NCBI RefSeq assembly: GCF_003334335.1
Contig: NZ_QOWQ01000005.1
DNA length: 64,000 nucleotides
Direction: 5' to 3' (one strand)
Source: Escherichia coli
GTDB taxonomy: Bacteria; Pseudomonadota; Gammaproteobacteria; Enterobacterales; Enterobacteriaceae
The notes under the pieces are model-generated. The model did no database searches. It was not told the DNA's origin and worked only from the letters and a program-made list of their open reading frames with translations. Below are positions 35,999 to 47,401 of the stretch, piece after piece (position 1 is the first letter of the stretch; each line of letters opens with the position of its first letter). The translations under genes were made by a program, and so were the position numbers.

Positions 35999-37189
35999 AT
36001 GAGTGAATTTATTGCCGAAAACCGCGGCGCGGATGCCATCACCCGACCGAACTGGTCAGCCGTTTTCTCGGTGGCGTTTTGTGTCGCCTGTCTGATTATC
36101 GTTGAGTTTTTGCCCGTCAGTTTGTTGACGCCAATGGCCCAGGATTTAGGCATTTCGGAAGGGGTTGCCGGGCAATCGGTGACCGTGACCGCCTTTGTGG
36201 CAATGTTTGCCAGTTTGTTTATTACCCAGACAATTCAGGCTACTGACCGCCGCTACGTTGTTATTTTGTTTGCCGTTTTGCTGACGCTCTCCTGCTTGCT
36301 GGTTTCCTTTGCTAACTCATTCAGTTTGCTTTTAATCGGTCGTGCCTGTCTGGGGCTGGCGCTGGGCGGGTTCTGGGCGATGTCGGCGTCGCTGACCATG
36401 CGTCTGGTGCCGCCGCGTACGGTGCCGAAGGCGCTGTCGGTGATCTTCGGCGCGGTTTCTATTGCGCTGGTGATTGCCGCGCCGTTGGGCAGTTTTTTAG
36501 GCGAGCTTATCGGTTGGCGCAATGTCTTTAATGCGGCGGCGGTGATGGGCGTGCTGTGTATTTTCTGGATTATCAAATCATTGCCTTCACTGCCAGGCGA
36601 ACCCTCGCATCAGAAACAAAATACTTTCCGCTTATTACAACGTCCGGGTGTGATGGCAGGGATGATCGCCATCTTCATGTCTTTCGCCGGGCAGTTTGCT
36701 TTCTTCACGTATATTCGCCCGGTGTATATGAACCTGGCGGGATTCGGCGTGGATGGCTTAACGCTGGTGCTGTTGAGTTTTGGTATCGCCAGCTTTATTG
36801 GTACGTCGCTTTCGTCGTTCATTCTTAAACGTTCGGTAAAACTGGCCTTAGCAGGCGCGCCGTTAATACTGGCTGTGAGTGCGTTGGTACTGACGTTGTG
36901 GGGAAGCGATAAAATCGTTGCTACCGGCGTGGCGATTATCTGGGGGCTAACTTTTGCATTGGTTCCCGTCGGCTGGTCAACGTGGATCACCCGCTCGCTG
37001 GCCGATCAGGCAGAAAAAGCCGGGTCTATTCAGGTGGCGGTTATTCAGCTTGCTAATACCTGTGGCGCGGCAATCGGCGGTTATGCGCTGGATAATATTG
37101 GTCTGACTTCGCCGTTGATGTTGTCCGGCACATTGATGTTGCTGACTGCATTGTTGGTTACTGCAAAGGTGAAAATGAAGAAATCCTGA
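35999..37189 (+). CDS. nepI: Purine ribonucleoside efflux pump NepI (MFS)
   Basis: Start at [10 protein letters not shown] (396 aa). Confidence 0.85.
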   Translation: MSEFIAENRGADAITRPNWSAVFSVAFCVACLIIVEFLPVSLLTPMAQDLGISEGVAGQSVTVTAFVAMFASLFITQTIQATDRRYVVILFAVLLTLSCLLVSFANSFSLLLIGRACLGLALGGFWAMSASLTMRLVPPRTVPKALSVIFGAVSIALVIAAPLGSFLGELIGWRNVFNAAAVMGVLCIFWIIKSLPSLPGEPSHQKQNTFRLLQRPGVMAGMIAIFMSFAGQFAFFTYIRPVYMNLAGFGVDGLTLVLLSFGIASFIGTSLSSFILKRSVKLALAGAPLILAVSALVLTLWGSDKIVATGVAIIWGLTFALVPVGWSTWITRSLADQAEKAGSIQVAVIQLANTCGAAIGGYALDNIGLTSPLMLSGTLMLLTALLVTAKVKMKKS

Positions 37190-37229
37190 TATCAGGTAAA
37201 GAAGCGTTGGTCAGTAGTTGTTGCTGTTC

Positions 37230-37523
37230 TTACATATCCGGGCATTCTACCTTACCCAACGCTTCCCAATAATTGCTCTGATTATTACGTTCCATCGCCA
37301 CGATGGCCTCGCGTATATGTTGTTTATTGTTTTCATCTGACAACATTAACTTTTCCCACGCTTCATCTGATAATGACGCCTGTGGCGTGCAAATTTTACG
37401 TAAATCTTGTAATACCGTGGTTTTCTCTTTTGCGGACTGCAGTGAGCTAAAAGGCGACTCGGCGTATACGATGCCTGGCATAGCGAAAAAAGTGAAAATA
37501 AGCAGTAGTGTCGTTGGTTTCAT
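37230..37523 (-). CDS. yicS: Secreted small protein YicS
   Basis: 97 aa with N-terminal signal peptide. Confidence 0.8.
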   Translation of the reverse strand: MKPTTLLLIFTFFAMPGIVYAESPFSSLQSAKEKTTVLQDLRKICTPQASLSDEAWEKLMLSDENNKQHIREAIVAMERNNQSNYWEALGKVECPDM

Positions 37524-37744
37524 GGATTCAACCTTTTACAAATGTGTATCGAATGAAGCATAAGTGTAGTTTGCTTTCATCGCTCTCATCATGCTGTACG
37601 AAACGCGCTTGCGTGGTCAGTAAGAAGTGCCAGACTTTATATTCCACTTTTATTCCTTTTTATTCTTATCGATAGCGTTTCGTTTTTTAAACCGCAGCGA
37701 CCTTACCGCTATAGTCAGGTAATCATTAATAAAAGGATAAAAAA

Positions 37745-38563
37745 ATGAAACTGACAACACATCATCTACGGACAGGGGCCGCATTATTGCTGGCCGGAAT
37801 TCTGCTGGCAGGTTGCGACCAGAGTAGCAGCGATGCAAAACACATTAAAGTTGGCGTTATAAATGGCGCAGAACAAGATGTCGCGGAAGTCGCTAAAAAG
37901 GTGGCAAAAGAGAAATATGGCCTCGATGTTGAACTGGTAGGATTTAGCGGTTCGTTGCTACCGAACGATGCGACAAATCATGGCGAACTTGATGCGAATG
38001 TCTTCCAGCATCGACCCTTTCTTGAACAAGATAATCAGGCGCATGGTTATAAACTGGTAGCGGTGGGAAATACGTTTGTCTTCCCTATGGCGGGTTATTC
38101 CAAAAAAATCAAAACCGTGGCGCAAATAAAAGAAGGCGCGACAGTGGCGATCCCCAACGACCCGACCAACCTTGGTCGCGCACTTTTACTGTTGCAAAAA
38201 GAGAAGCTAATTACTCTGAAAGAGGGAAAAGGGTTATTACCTACCGCGCTGGATATAACCGATAATCCTCGTCATTTGCAGATTATGGAACTCGAGGGGG
38301 CGCAGCTCCCGCGCGTACTGGATGATCCCAAAGTTGATGTAGCGATTATCAGCACCACTTACATTCAGCAGACCGGGCTTTCTCCGGTGCACGACAGCGT
38401 ATTTATTGAAGATAAGAATTCGCCGTATGTGAATATTTTGGTGGCACGGGAAGATAATAAGAATGCAGAAAACGTGAAGGAATTTCTGCAATCTTATCAA
38501 TCACCCGAAGTCGCTAAAGCGGCAGAAACCATTTTTAACGGTGGCGCGGTGCCTGGCTGGTAA
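37745..38563 (+). CDS. nlpA: Lipoprotein NlpA (methionine-binding MetQ paralogue)
   Basis: 272 aa; signal peptide with lipobox LAGC. Confidence 0.9.
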   Translation: MKLTTHHLRTGAALLLAGILLAGCDQSSSDAKHIKVGVINGAEQDVAEVAKKVAKEKYGLDVELVGFSGSLLPNDATNHGELDANVFQHRPFLEQDNQAHGYKLVAVGNTFVFPMAGYSKKIKTVAQIKEGATVAIPNDPTNLGRALLLLQKEKLITLKEGKGLLPTALDITDNPRHLQIMELEGAQLPRVLDDPKVDVAIISTTYIQQTGLSPVHDSVFIEDKNSPYVNILVAREDNKNAENVKEFLQSYQSPEVAKAAETIFNGGAVPGW

Positions 38564-38566
38564 TTC

Positions 38567-39490
38567 TCACTTATGCCGCGCCGGACGATTTATTTTTCTG
38601 GCGCGGCGACGGGAATCCATTGAAATCAAAATCACCGATGACAGAATCAGCAGCGTTCCCAGCCAGTCCGGTAATGTGAACGTGATCCCCAGCAACAGCA
38701 AAGAGAGTAGCGCGCTACTTAATGGTTCTGCACAGCTCAAAATGCTGGCTTTTGGACCGCCAATTAATTGTGCTCCTTTCAGGTACAGACTAAATGTCAG
38801 GGACGTACCAATGACCACCAAATAAAAAAACGCCAGAATCAAACTGCCGTTAACGACAAAGTTTGTTCCTTGTCTGGCATAAAAAGGCAACAGAATCAGA
38901 CCGCCAATCAGCATACTCCAGCCGACGACTGGTAACGTGCCATAGCGGGCAATTAGCGTTGAGGGATAGGTGGTATAGAATGCAGCAGCAAATGCCGAGG
39001 CAATGCCCCAGAACAACGCGGCAGGAGAGATCGATAATGACGTCGGATTACCGTGTGTCACCAATAAAAAAGTCCCGACCAGCGATGTCAAAATAGCGCA
39101 GAAAACCAGAATGCCCGGGCGCGATTTACGCACCAGTGAGAACCAGGCGACGATAATCGTCGGTGAGAGGAATTGCAGCACCGTTGCCGTGGCTGCGTTC
39201 GATTTTTCGATGGTTAGCAAAAAAGTGAGCTGTACAGTTAGCGCGCCAACCACGGAAAAAATCAGCAGGCTAATGGCATCTTTATGATTGTTAATAATAG
39301 AAAAGATTTTATCGCCATGAACAAATGACAGCGTCAGTAGAATCAAACCGGCGAATATCAAACGCGTCATAGTCAAAAACTGCGACGACATCTGGCTTTG
39401 CTCCATGATGTATTGCGCGCAGACCCCTGAACTTCCCCACAACACGGCGGCAATCAGAACGTTCAGCATCCCCTTTCTGGTGGAACCCAT
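38567..39490 (-). CDS. yicL: EamA/DMT-family transporter YicL
   Basis: 307 aa, 10-TM EamA-like. Confidence 0.85.
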
Positions 39491-39600
39491 TTTTCCCTCT
39501 GCATACTGTTTTGTCGTTTATGTATGCAGGCATGATAGCAAAAATGGCGAGGATGGCTCTGTTTGCGCCACGCCGATTTTTCTTAGCCCAGACTGGTGAG

Positions 39601-40785
39601 CTAAATATCTTTAATAAACAGCAGGCAAATCATCGCAATACCCAACATCCCTATCGCCAGCCAGAACAACGCATGGTAGCTCCAGATTTCAACCATAATT
39701 CCGTCAACAGAGCCGGCGATAATCCAGCCGACGCGTGAAGTATTTGCATATAACGTTGTCGCAGAGCCTATTTTTTCAGGCATCAAGTCCTGAAAATAAA
39801 GCATGCCGATACCACAGAGAATACCAAGGAAGATGGCATTAAGAATTTGCAATTCCAGCTCAACCGCCGGAGTCGTCGCCATGAGTACGCTGGCGTAAAA
39901 ACACATTCCACTCACGATAGCAATGAGCATTAATAGTCGCTTGCCAATACGTTTCATGTAATAGCCTGCGATTAACATCATCGGAATTTCCAGACCGGCA
40001 GCGATACCAATCATTTCTCCAGCCAGTTTATCGGTTAGATGCAGTTCATCAATAATAAATAGCGGCATATTTATCATGTAGAGATTATTCGCCGCCCACA
40101 TCATTGAACAGACCACAAAAAGTAGCCGCGTATCCCGCTTCCTGTGGGTGGAGGGTAAAATTTCTACGGGTTGGGTAACGACAGGAATATTTCTTTGTAT
40201 TGATGGCAAAAACAACCAGACTATCAGTCCGCAAACAACAAATGCGATGGCAGCGGTGAGATACATCACTTTAAAACTAAATCCCATTGCCAGTTCATAA
40301 GCGAGCGGTGGCCCGATAACCCAGGCAAGCGAGATCTGAGCACGTAAAAATGTACTGAACATGACCGTCTCACGGCCTGTTCTGTCGGCGTGTTCACGGG
40401 CGAGGGCGAACATTTGCGGGTTTGCGGTGGAAGCAAAACTACTCAGAAGTACGCCCGTTGAGAGGAGAATGAAGTAGTTGCGATTCCACGCAAAAAGCGT
40501 GCAGGCCAGCACTCCAAATAAGCAACATAGCAGAATCAGTAATTTACGGTCGCCTTGTTTATCGGAGTGCCTTGCCAGAAATTGACTGACCAGAATTCCC
40601 ATAATAGCGCTACCGGTGAAGAAAAAACCTACCATTATAGGACGGGCTTTCAGTTCATCTGCGAGGAATATACTTAGGGTAGGAGTCTGAAGAGCGCCCG
40701 CAATACCCGTCAGAAAGGCGACAAGTAAAAATGCCGCGGCAGTGAGATCAAGTATTTTTGATGGAGTGGTAGCCGTTTTTTGCAT
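39601..40785 (-). CDS. setC: Sugar efflux transporter SetC (MFS)
   Basis: 394 aa MFS. Confidence 0.9.
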   Translation of the reverse strand: MQKTATTPSKILDLTAAAFLLVAFLTGIAGALQTPTLSIFLADELKARPIMVGFFFTGSAIMGILVSQFLARHSDKQGDRKLLILLCCLFGVLACTLFAWNRNYFILLSTGVLLSSFASTANPQMFALAREHADRTGRETVMFSTFLRAQISLAWVIGPPLAYELAMGFSFKVMYLTAAIAFVVCGLIVWLFLPSIQRNIPVVTQPVEILPSTHRKRDTRLLFVVCSMMWAANNLYMINMPLFIIDELHLTDKLAGEMIGIAAGLEIPMMLIAGYYMKRIGKRLLMLIAIVSGMCFYASVLMATTPAVELELQILNAIFLGILCGIGMLYFQDLMPEKIGSATTLYANTSRVGWIIAGSVDGIMVEIWSYHALFWLAIGMLGIAMICLLFIKDI

Positions 40786-41421
40786 TCTTCTGAATCACCG
40801 GGCGAAAAAATATAACTGAGTTACAAATAAGTACCAGTCGAATGAGTATTGTATTAAGAATTTTTGAGTATCGCTGATACAACCAGAAAGCAATGCTAGC
40901 GCAATATTATAGGGCCAGCAATTGAGATTATTAGTAAAAGCATGTTAAGAATTAATTACCGAATTTATATATTAATTATAGTAAGGCAATGAGCTATTTT
41001 TGATAGTAAAAATAAAACAAGTTGATTTGATATATTAAATGAACAAATTAATCTTGATGGCAGTCTGATTATTGGTGAAGTTTATAGTCAGTTTTTTTCG
41101 CCAGCGGTTAAAGAAATAGAATAGTCGTATAAAAAAGGGTGTTCTGGGGCGAGTAAAACAACATCTTCACCTTAATGGCGATACAGTTGGCTGAGAGTCA
41201 GCAGGGGGGCAAATCACCTGCAAATAAACACGGCGCATACTGGCGTGAATATCGCGGATGCGTTCGAGGACAGAAGAACCGACAGGCGGATTCTTCAGCC
41301 GCTCATCGTCCATCACAAAACCTTAGACCAGGTATTCCTGAAGCCGATTGAATATTGAGCAGTAGAAAATATCTGGATTGACAGTATTACAAGGGGTTGG
41401 AGAACGTCAGGAGAGGCATTT

Positions 41422-41516
41422 TGGCGGAAGATCACAGGAGTCGAACCTGCCCGGGACCGCTGGCGGCCCCAACTGGATTTGAAGTCCAGCCGCCTCACCG
41501 GAGACGACGATCTTCC
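41422..41516 (-). tRNA. selC: tRNA-Sec (selenocysteine, anticodon UCA)
   Basis: Reverse complement matches the 95-nt tRNA-Sec GGAAGATCGTCGTCTCCGGTGAGGCGGCTGGACTTCAAATCCAGTTGGGGCCGCCAGCGGTCCCGGGCAGGTTCGACTCCTGTGATCTTCCGCCA, with long extra arm. Confidence 0.95.
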
Positions 41517-41808
41517 GCGCCTCGATTGCTACATGGAGGCGGGGCGCATTATAGCTACTTCCTTGAGTTTCTACATCCCCCAGATCAGTTTTTTCCGCCT
41601 AATACACGCAGCGTATTATCACGAAAGCATTATAGTTCATATAAAATCCATATTTTACAATGATATATGAGCGGAATTAACGCTACCACGATCACATAAA
41701 ACAAGAATCATAAATTAATAACCAGATATCGGAATATTCGCTCTCACAGGGATGGTTTACAAAATGCGTTATCGGTCTCAGCACCCCTATAGCATCAAGG
41801 AAAAGTAG

Positions 41809-43191
41809 ATGAAGAGTGAAGTGTTGTCCGTTAAAGAGAAAATTGGTTATGGCATGGGAGACGCCGCCAGCCACATTATTTTCGATAACGTAATGTTATA
41901 TATGATGTTCTTTTATACCGATATTTTTGGCATTCCTGCCGGATTTGTCGGAACCATGTTTTTGGTCGCTCGTGCACTGGATGCGATTTCCGATCCTTGC
42001 ATGGGGTTGTTGGCCGATCGAACGCGCTCTCGCTGGGGTAAATTTCGTCCGTGGGTACTGTTTGGCGCACTGCCATTTGGGATCGTCTGTGTACTGGCCT
42101 ATAGCACGCCAGATCTCAGTATGAACGGAAAAATGATTTATGCAGCAATTACTTACACCCTACTTACCTTACTTTATACCGTCGTCAATATCCCTTACTG
42201 CGCATTGGGTGGTGTAATCACCAATGACCCGACTCAGCGTATCTCGCTGCAATCCTGGCGTTTTGTGCTGGCGACCGCGGGAGGCATGCTTTCTACGGTT
42301 CTGATGATGCCACTGGTTAATTTAATTGGTGGTGATAATAAACCACTCGGTTTCCAGGGTGGTATCGCGGTCCTTTCCGTGGTGGCATTCATGATGCTGG
42401 CATTCTGTTTCTTCACCACTAAAGAACGCGTTGAAGCACCACCTACAACGACGTCTATGCGGGAAGATTTACGTGATATCTGGCAAAACGACCAGTGGCG
42501 GATTGTCGGTTTACTAACCATTTTCAATATCCTGGCGGTGTGCGTACGCGGTGGAGCGATGATGTATTACGTCACATGGATTCTGGGTACGCCGGAAGTG
42601 TTTGTCGCTTTTCTCACCACTTATTGCGTGGGTAACCTGATTGGTTCCGCTCTGGCAAAACCGCTGACCGACTGGAAATGTAAAGTCACTATTTTCTGGT
42701 GGACGAACGCCCTGCTGGCAGTGATTAGCCTCGCGATGTTCTTTGTTCCCATGCAGGCCAGCATCACTATGTTTGTCTTCATCTTCGTGATTGGTGTGTT
42801 GCATCAACTGGTGACACCTATCCAGTGGGTAATGATGTCCGATACCGTCGACTACGGCGAGTGGTGCAATGGTAAACGCCTGACCGGGATCAGTTTTGCT
42901 GGCACGCTGTTTGTGCTCAAACTGGGGTTGGCCTTCGGCGGCGCTCTTATCGGCTGGATGCTGGCTTATGGCGGATATGATGCGGCAGAAAAAGCGCAGA
43001 ACAGCGCCACGATTAGCATCATTATTGCGCTATTCACGATTGTTCCGGCGATCTGTTATTTGCTGAGCGCGATTATCGCTAAACGCTACTACTCACTCAC
43101 GACGCACAATCTGAAAACCGTTATGGAACAGCTGGCCCAGGGCAAACGCCGTTGCCAGCAACAATTCACCTCTCAAGAAGTGCAGAACTAA
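41809..43191 (+). CDS. yicJ: GPH-family glycoside/cation symporter YicJ
   Basis: 460 aa. Confidence 0.9.
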   Translation: MKSEVLSVKEKIGYGMGDAASHIIFDNVMLYMMFFYTDIFGIPAGFVGTMFLVARALDAISDPCMGLLADRTRSRWGKFRPWVLFGALPFGIVCVLAYSTPDLSMNGKMIYAAITYTLLTLLYTVVNIPYCALGGVITNDPTQRISLQSWRFVLATAGGMLSTVLMMPLVNLIGGDNKPLGFQGGIAVLSVVAFMMLAFCFFTTKERVEAPPTTTSMREDLRDIWQNDQWRIVGLLTIFNILAVCVRGGAMMYYVTWILGTPEVFVAFLTTYCVGNLIGSALAKPLTDWKCKVTIFWWTNALLAVISLAMFFVPMQASITMFVFIFVIGVLHQLVTPIQWVMMSDTVDYGEWCNGKRLTGISFAGTLFVLKLGLAFGGALIGWMLAYGGYDAAEKAQNSATISIIIALFTIVPAICYLLSAIIAKRYYSLTTHNLKTVMEQLAQGKRRCQQQFTSQEVQN

Positions 43192-43200
43192 GGAACGGCA

Positions 43201-45519
43201 ATGAAAATTAGCGATGGAAACTGGTTGATTCAACCTGGCCTCAATTTGATTCACCCGCTTCAGGTGTTCGAGGTTGAACAGCAGGGTAATGAAATGGTGG
43301 TCTATGCTGCCCCCCGTGATGTGCGTGAACGTACCTGGCAGCTTGATACGCCTTTATTTACGCTGCGCTTTTTCTCCCCACAGGAAGGTATTGTCGGTGT
43401 ACGGATTGAGCATTTTCAGGGGGCGCTGAATAACGGTCCTCATTACCCACTCAATATTTTGCAGGACGTGAAGGTCACAATCGAAAACACAGAGCGTTAT
43501 GCTGAGTTTAAAAGTGGCAACTTAAGTGCGCGTGTCAGCAAAGGTGAGTTCTGGTCACTGGATTTTCTGCGCAACGGCGAACGTATTACCGGTAGTCAGG
43601 TGAAAAATAATGGCTACGTGCAGGACACGAATAATCAACGAAATTATATGTTTGAGCGGCTGGATCTTGGCGTTGGCGAAACAGTTTATGGTCTGGGAGA
43701 GCGCTTCACTGCCCTGGTGCGCAATGGTCAAACGGTAGAGACCTGGAACCGGGACGGCGGCACAAGTACTGAACAGGCGTATAAAAATATCCCGTTCTAC
43801 ATGACTAACCGTGGTTATGGGGTACTGGTCAATCATCCCCAATGCGTCTCTTTTGAAGTGGGATCGGAGAAAGTCTCCAAAGTGCAGTTCAGCGTTGAGA
43901 GTGAATATCTCGAATACTTTGTTATCGACGGTCCGACGCCGAAAGCGGTACTTGATCGTTATACCCGCTTTACTGGTCGTCCGGCGCTGCCGCCCGCGTG
44001 GTCCTTCGGTCTGTGGCTAACCACTTCATTTACCACCAACTACGACGAGGCGACAGTAAACAGCTTTATCGATGGTATGGCGGAACGCAATCTGCCACTG
44101 CATGTTTTCCACTTTGACTGTTTCTGGATGAAAGCCTTCCAGTGGTGCGATTTTGAGTGGGACCCGCTGACTTTCCCGGACCCGGAAGGGATGATCCGCC
44201 GCCTGAAAGCGAAAGGGCTGAAAATCTGCGTCTGGATTAACCCCTATATCGGGCAAAAATCCCCCGTCTTTAAAGAGTTACAAGAGAAAGGCTATTTACT
44301 CAAACGCCCGGACGGTTCGCTGTGGCAGTGGGATAAATGGCAGCCAGGTCTGGCGATTTATGACTTTACCAATCCGGATGCCTGCACATGGTACGCCGAC
44401 AAACTGAAAGGTCTGGTCGCGATGGGCGTTGATTGCTTTAAGACCGACTTTGGCGAACGTATCCCAACCGATGTTCAGTGGTTTGACGGTTCCGATCCGC
44501 AGAAAATGCATAACCATTATGCGTACATCTACAACGAACTGGTGTGGAACGTGCTCAAGGACACCGTTGGTGAGGAAGAAGCCGTCTTGTTTGCCCGCTC
44601 GGCCTCCGTTGGTGCGCAGAAATTCCCGGTACACTGGGGTGGTGACTGTTACGCTAACTACGAATCAATGGCGGAAAGCCTGCGCGGTGGTTTGTCTATT
44701 GGCCTTTCAGGTTTTGGCTTCTGGAGCCACGATATCGGCGGCTTTGAAAATACCGCTCCGGCACACGTTTACAAACGCTGGTGCGCGTTTGGTTTGCTCT
44801 CCAGCCATAGCCGTTTACATGGCAGCAAATCTTATCGTGTGCCGTGGGCCTACGATGATGAGTCCTGTGATGTGGTGCGCTTCTTCACGCAACTGAAATG
44901 CCGCATGATGCCGTATCTGTATCGTGAAGCTGCGCGTGCAAACACGCGGGGTACGCCGATGATGCGGGCCATGATGATGGAGTTCCCGGACGATCCGGCT
45001 TGTGATTACCTTGACCGTCAATACATGTTAGGCGACAACGTGATGGTTGCGCCGGTGTTCACTGAAGCGGGCGATGTGCAGTTCTACCTGCCGGAAGGTC
45101 GCTGGACACACCTGTGGCACAACGATGAACTCGACGGTAGTCGCTGGCATAAACAGCAGCACAGCTTCCTGAGTCTGCCCGTTTATGTGCGTGATAACAC
45201 TCTACTGGCGCTGGGCAACAACGATCAACGTCCCGATTACGCGTGGCACGAAGGCACGGCATTCCACCTCTTTAATCAGCAAGACGGGCATGAAGCCGTC
45301 TGTGAAGTGCCCGCTGCTGACGGTTCGGTGATCTTTACTCTAAAAGCAACACGTACTGGTAACACGATTACTGTGATTGGTGCGGGCGAGGCGAGGAACT
45401 GGACACTGTGCTTGCGCAATGTTGTGAAAGTAAATGGTCTGCAAGGCGGTTCGCAGGCTGAAAGTGAGCAGGGGCTGGTGGTGAAGCCTCAAGGGAATGC
45501 GCTGACAATTACGTTGTAA
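43201..45519 (+). CDS. yicI: Alpha-xylosidase (GH31) YicI
   Basis: 772 aa; GH31 catalytic region (WINPYIG, FKTDFGE). Confidence 0.95.
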   Translation: MKISDGNWLIQPGLNLIHPLQVFEVEQQGNEMVVYAAPRDVRERTWQLDTPLFTLRFFSPQEGIVGVRIEHFQGALNNGPHYPLNILQDVKVTIENTERYAEFKSGNLSARVSKGEFWSLDFLRNGERITGSQVKNNGYVQDTNNQRNYMFERLDLGVGETVYGLGERFTALVRNGQTVETWNRDGGTSTEQAYKNIPFYMTNRGYGVLVNHPQCVSFEVGSEKVSKVQFSVESEYLEYFVIDGPTPKAVLDRYTRFTGRPALPPAWSFGLWLTTSFTTNYDEATVNSFIDGMAERNLPLHVFHFDCFWMKAFQWCDFEWDPLTFPDPEGMIRRLKAKGLKICVWINPYIGQKSPVFKELQEKGYLLKRPDGSLWQWDKWQPGLAIYDFTNPDACTWYADKLKGLVAMGVDCFKTDFGERIPTDVQWFDGSDPQKMHNHYAYIYNELVWNVLKDTVGEEEAVLFARSASVGAQKFPVHWGGDCYANYESMAESLRGGLSIGLSGFGFWSHDIGGFENTAPAHVYKRWCAFGLLSSHSRLHGSKSYRVPWAYDDESCDVVRFFTQLKCRMMPYLYREAARANTRGTPMMRAMMMEFPDDPACDYLDRQYMLGDNVMVAPVFTEAGDVQFYLPEGRWTHLWHNDELDGSRWHKQQHSFLSLPVYVRDNTLLALGNNDQRPDYAWHEGTAFHLFNQQDGHEAVCEVPAADGSVIFTLKATRTGNTITVIGAGEARNWTLCLRNVVKVNGLQGGSQAESEQGLVVKPQGNALTITL

Positions 45520-45571
45520 TCTATTGATGGAATGCCGGGTACGTCTGAGTCGTACCCGACGAGATTGATGT

Positions 45572-47281
45572 TTACTGCACCGGCTCCGTCGATGTAACTT
45601 CACCGCTGGAAACGACGCCCGCATTCATGGTTTGAGTCACTTGCTGCTTTGCGGCGTTCACGGCATGCAATTGCCCGCTAACCGTAGGTTTCAGCGGGGC
45701 ATTGGCCTGAATATCTCCACTGGCGGTAAGCTGAATATTGCCGTCGCCAGTCAACGGTAATTCAGGCCATCCCCATTGTTGCAAAATATTCACCGGCACA
45801 CCGCGTCCATTCAGGCTGATATGGGTCTGACGTTGTGGCGTTTGTGAAACACTGGCGGTGGCTTCCAGAATGCCTTTTTCAGTAAATGCACTCAGTTCGC
45901 TGATATTCACCGTGCTGCTGTTGGCGGTCAGCGCCAGCGACGGGCGACGAACATCAACACGATTGAATGTCGCGGCGGCGGCATTCAGATTCGCCGAGCC
46001 ACTCCAGACGCCCCATTTATGATCGGTAACCAGCGTCAGGTTGGCACCGTAACCATCGAGCGTGGTGAGCTGCCACGGGAAGTCAGGGTCGATATCAATG
46101 ATCAGATTGCGGCTGGCGCTAAATCTCTTCAGTTGCAGGCTGTTTAACCAACCGGGTGTCGTTTCCATCCACAACTGTTGCCAGTTTTTCGGCAAGGTAT
46201 ATTCCAGCCCGGCAATTGCCGCATCATCAAGGATCAACGTTTTCCCGTCACGCAGCCAGTTCCCTGACGTTCTGACCATACCCCCTTCCCAGCGGCTGGT
46301 GAACTGGCGCAGCGCTACGCCCTGCGGGGAAAATTCCGCGTTTATAATCGGGTCAAATAAATGCAGCGAACCATAAATGAACTCGCTAGCGTTCATCGAC
46401 AGTTTGCCTTCTTGTGTCTGCCAGTCATCTTTACTGAAGGTCATGTTGCGCAAGCTGAGATCGAGGTCGGTCACCGCCCAGTCCGGACCTTGCAAACGAG
46501 CATCGATCACTTCCAGGCGACCAATCTGCAACGACGGGACAGAGCGTAATGGCGCAAAGAAGTCGGTTAGCGATTTTTCGCTTTGTAGACGGATATCCGC
46601 CATGCGCAGGTTTTCCACTTGCCAGCTGCCGTCGGCGTTACGCTGCGCGTTTCCGGTTAATGTCCCGCGCGCGATGTCGGCACCCAGGTTAGTCAGCGTA
46701 ACGCGATCGTTATCAATACTGCCTTCAATCAGTACATTGGTGGCAGGAACATCATTGAGCGAAAGCGATCCGGCACTAAACTGAATCTGCGCCTTCGTAC
46801 CCAGCACTTTACCGGCTTCTGGTGACCACGGAACCACGCCGCCATTTACCCGCTGCGCGCTCAGTTTCCATTCGCTATTCGGGCTATTAAACGCCATATC
46901 ACGCAGTTGCAGACGATCGGCTTTGAACGGTAGCGGCGCGGTCTGGTCGGTGAGATTCAGCGTCCCGTTTTCCAGCAGGATGGTATCGACATGGCGTGGT
47001 TCGGTCAGTTGCCGACTACTTAGCGCAATGTCGACACTTTTGGCCACCAGGGTCGCGGGCTGGCCATCACGACCAAACGTGACATTCTCCAGCACGATAT
47101 GAGATGGCGCGGAAAAACGGTGATCCATCGCCCCGAAGGCCAGATGATAGTCGCTATTCTCGGAAACCCATGCGCTGATATGTTCTGCTCCCCAGCGGGT
47201 TTGCAGAAGAAAATAGAGGCCAGCGATCACCACTAACAGAGCGATGAGAATGTAGAGAAGCAGCTTCCCAATAAATTTCAT
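45572..47281 (-). CDS. yicH: AsmA-family protein YicH
   Basis: Start at MKFIGKLLLYILI (569 aa); N-terminal TM anchor. Confidence 0.85.
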   Translation of the reverse strand: MKFIGKLLLYILIALLVVIAGLYFLLQTRWGAEHISAWVSENSDYHLAFGAMDHRFSAPSHIVLENVTFGRDGQPATLVAKSVDIALSSRQLTEPRHVDTILLENGTLNLTDQTAPLPFKADRLQLRDMAFNSPNSEWKLSAQRVNGGVVPWSPEAGKVLGTKAQIQFSAGSLSLNDVPATNVLIEGSIDNDRVTLTNLGADIARGTLTGNAQRNADGSWQVENLRMADIRLQSEKSLTDFFAPLRSVPSLQIGRLEVIDARLQGPDWAVTDLDLSLRNMTFSKDDWQTQEGKLSMNASEFIYGSLHLFDPIINAEFSPQGVALRQFTSRWEGGMVRTSGNWLRDGKTLILDDAAIAGLEYTLPKNWQQLWMETTPGWLNSLQLKRFSASRNLIIDIDPDFPWQLTTLDGYGANLTLVTDHKWGVWSGSANLNAAAATFNRVDVRRPSLALTANSSTVNISELSAFTEKGILEATASVSQTPQRQTHISLNGRGVPVNILQQWGWPELPLTGDGNIQLTASGDIQANAPLKPTVSGQLHAVNAAKQQVTQTMNAGVVSSGEVTSTEPVQ

Positions 47282-47401
47282 GGTCTTCCATCCCGTGAAA
47301 TGCACATAAGGGAGTTATGCACGATTTACGCGCAATCCTCAAGGCGGGAATGGTGAAAGAGGTGAGACTGCGGCGGTAATTATCTTACCGCCGCCAGTGA
47401 A

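Noticed and set aside
41313-41498. 61-aa minus-strand ORF overlapping selC
   Set aside because: It overlaps the tRNA-Sec gene on the same strand, which is incompatible with an independent protein gene.
40786-41808. Possible pathogenicity island or prophage remnant at selC
   Set aside because: There is no integrase, no direct repeat of the tRNA 3' end and no cargo genes; only about 1 kb separates setC and yicJ.
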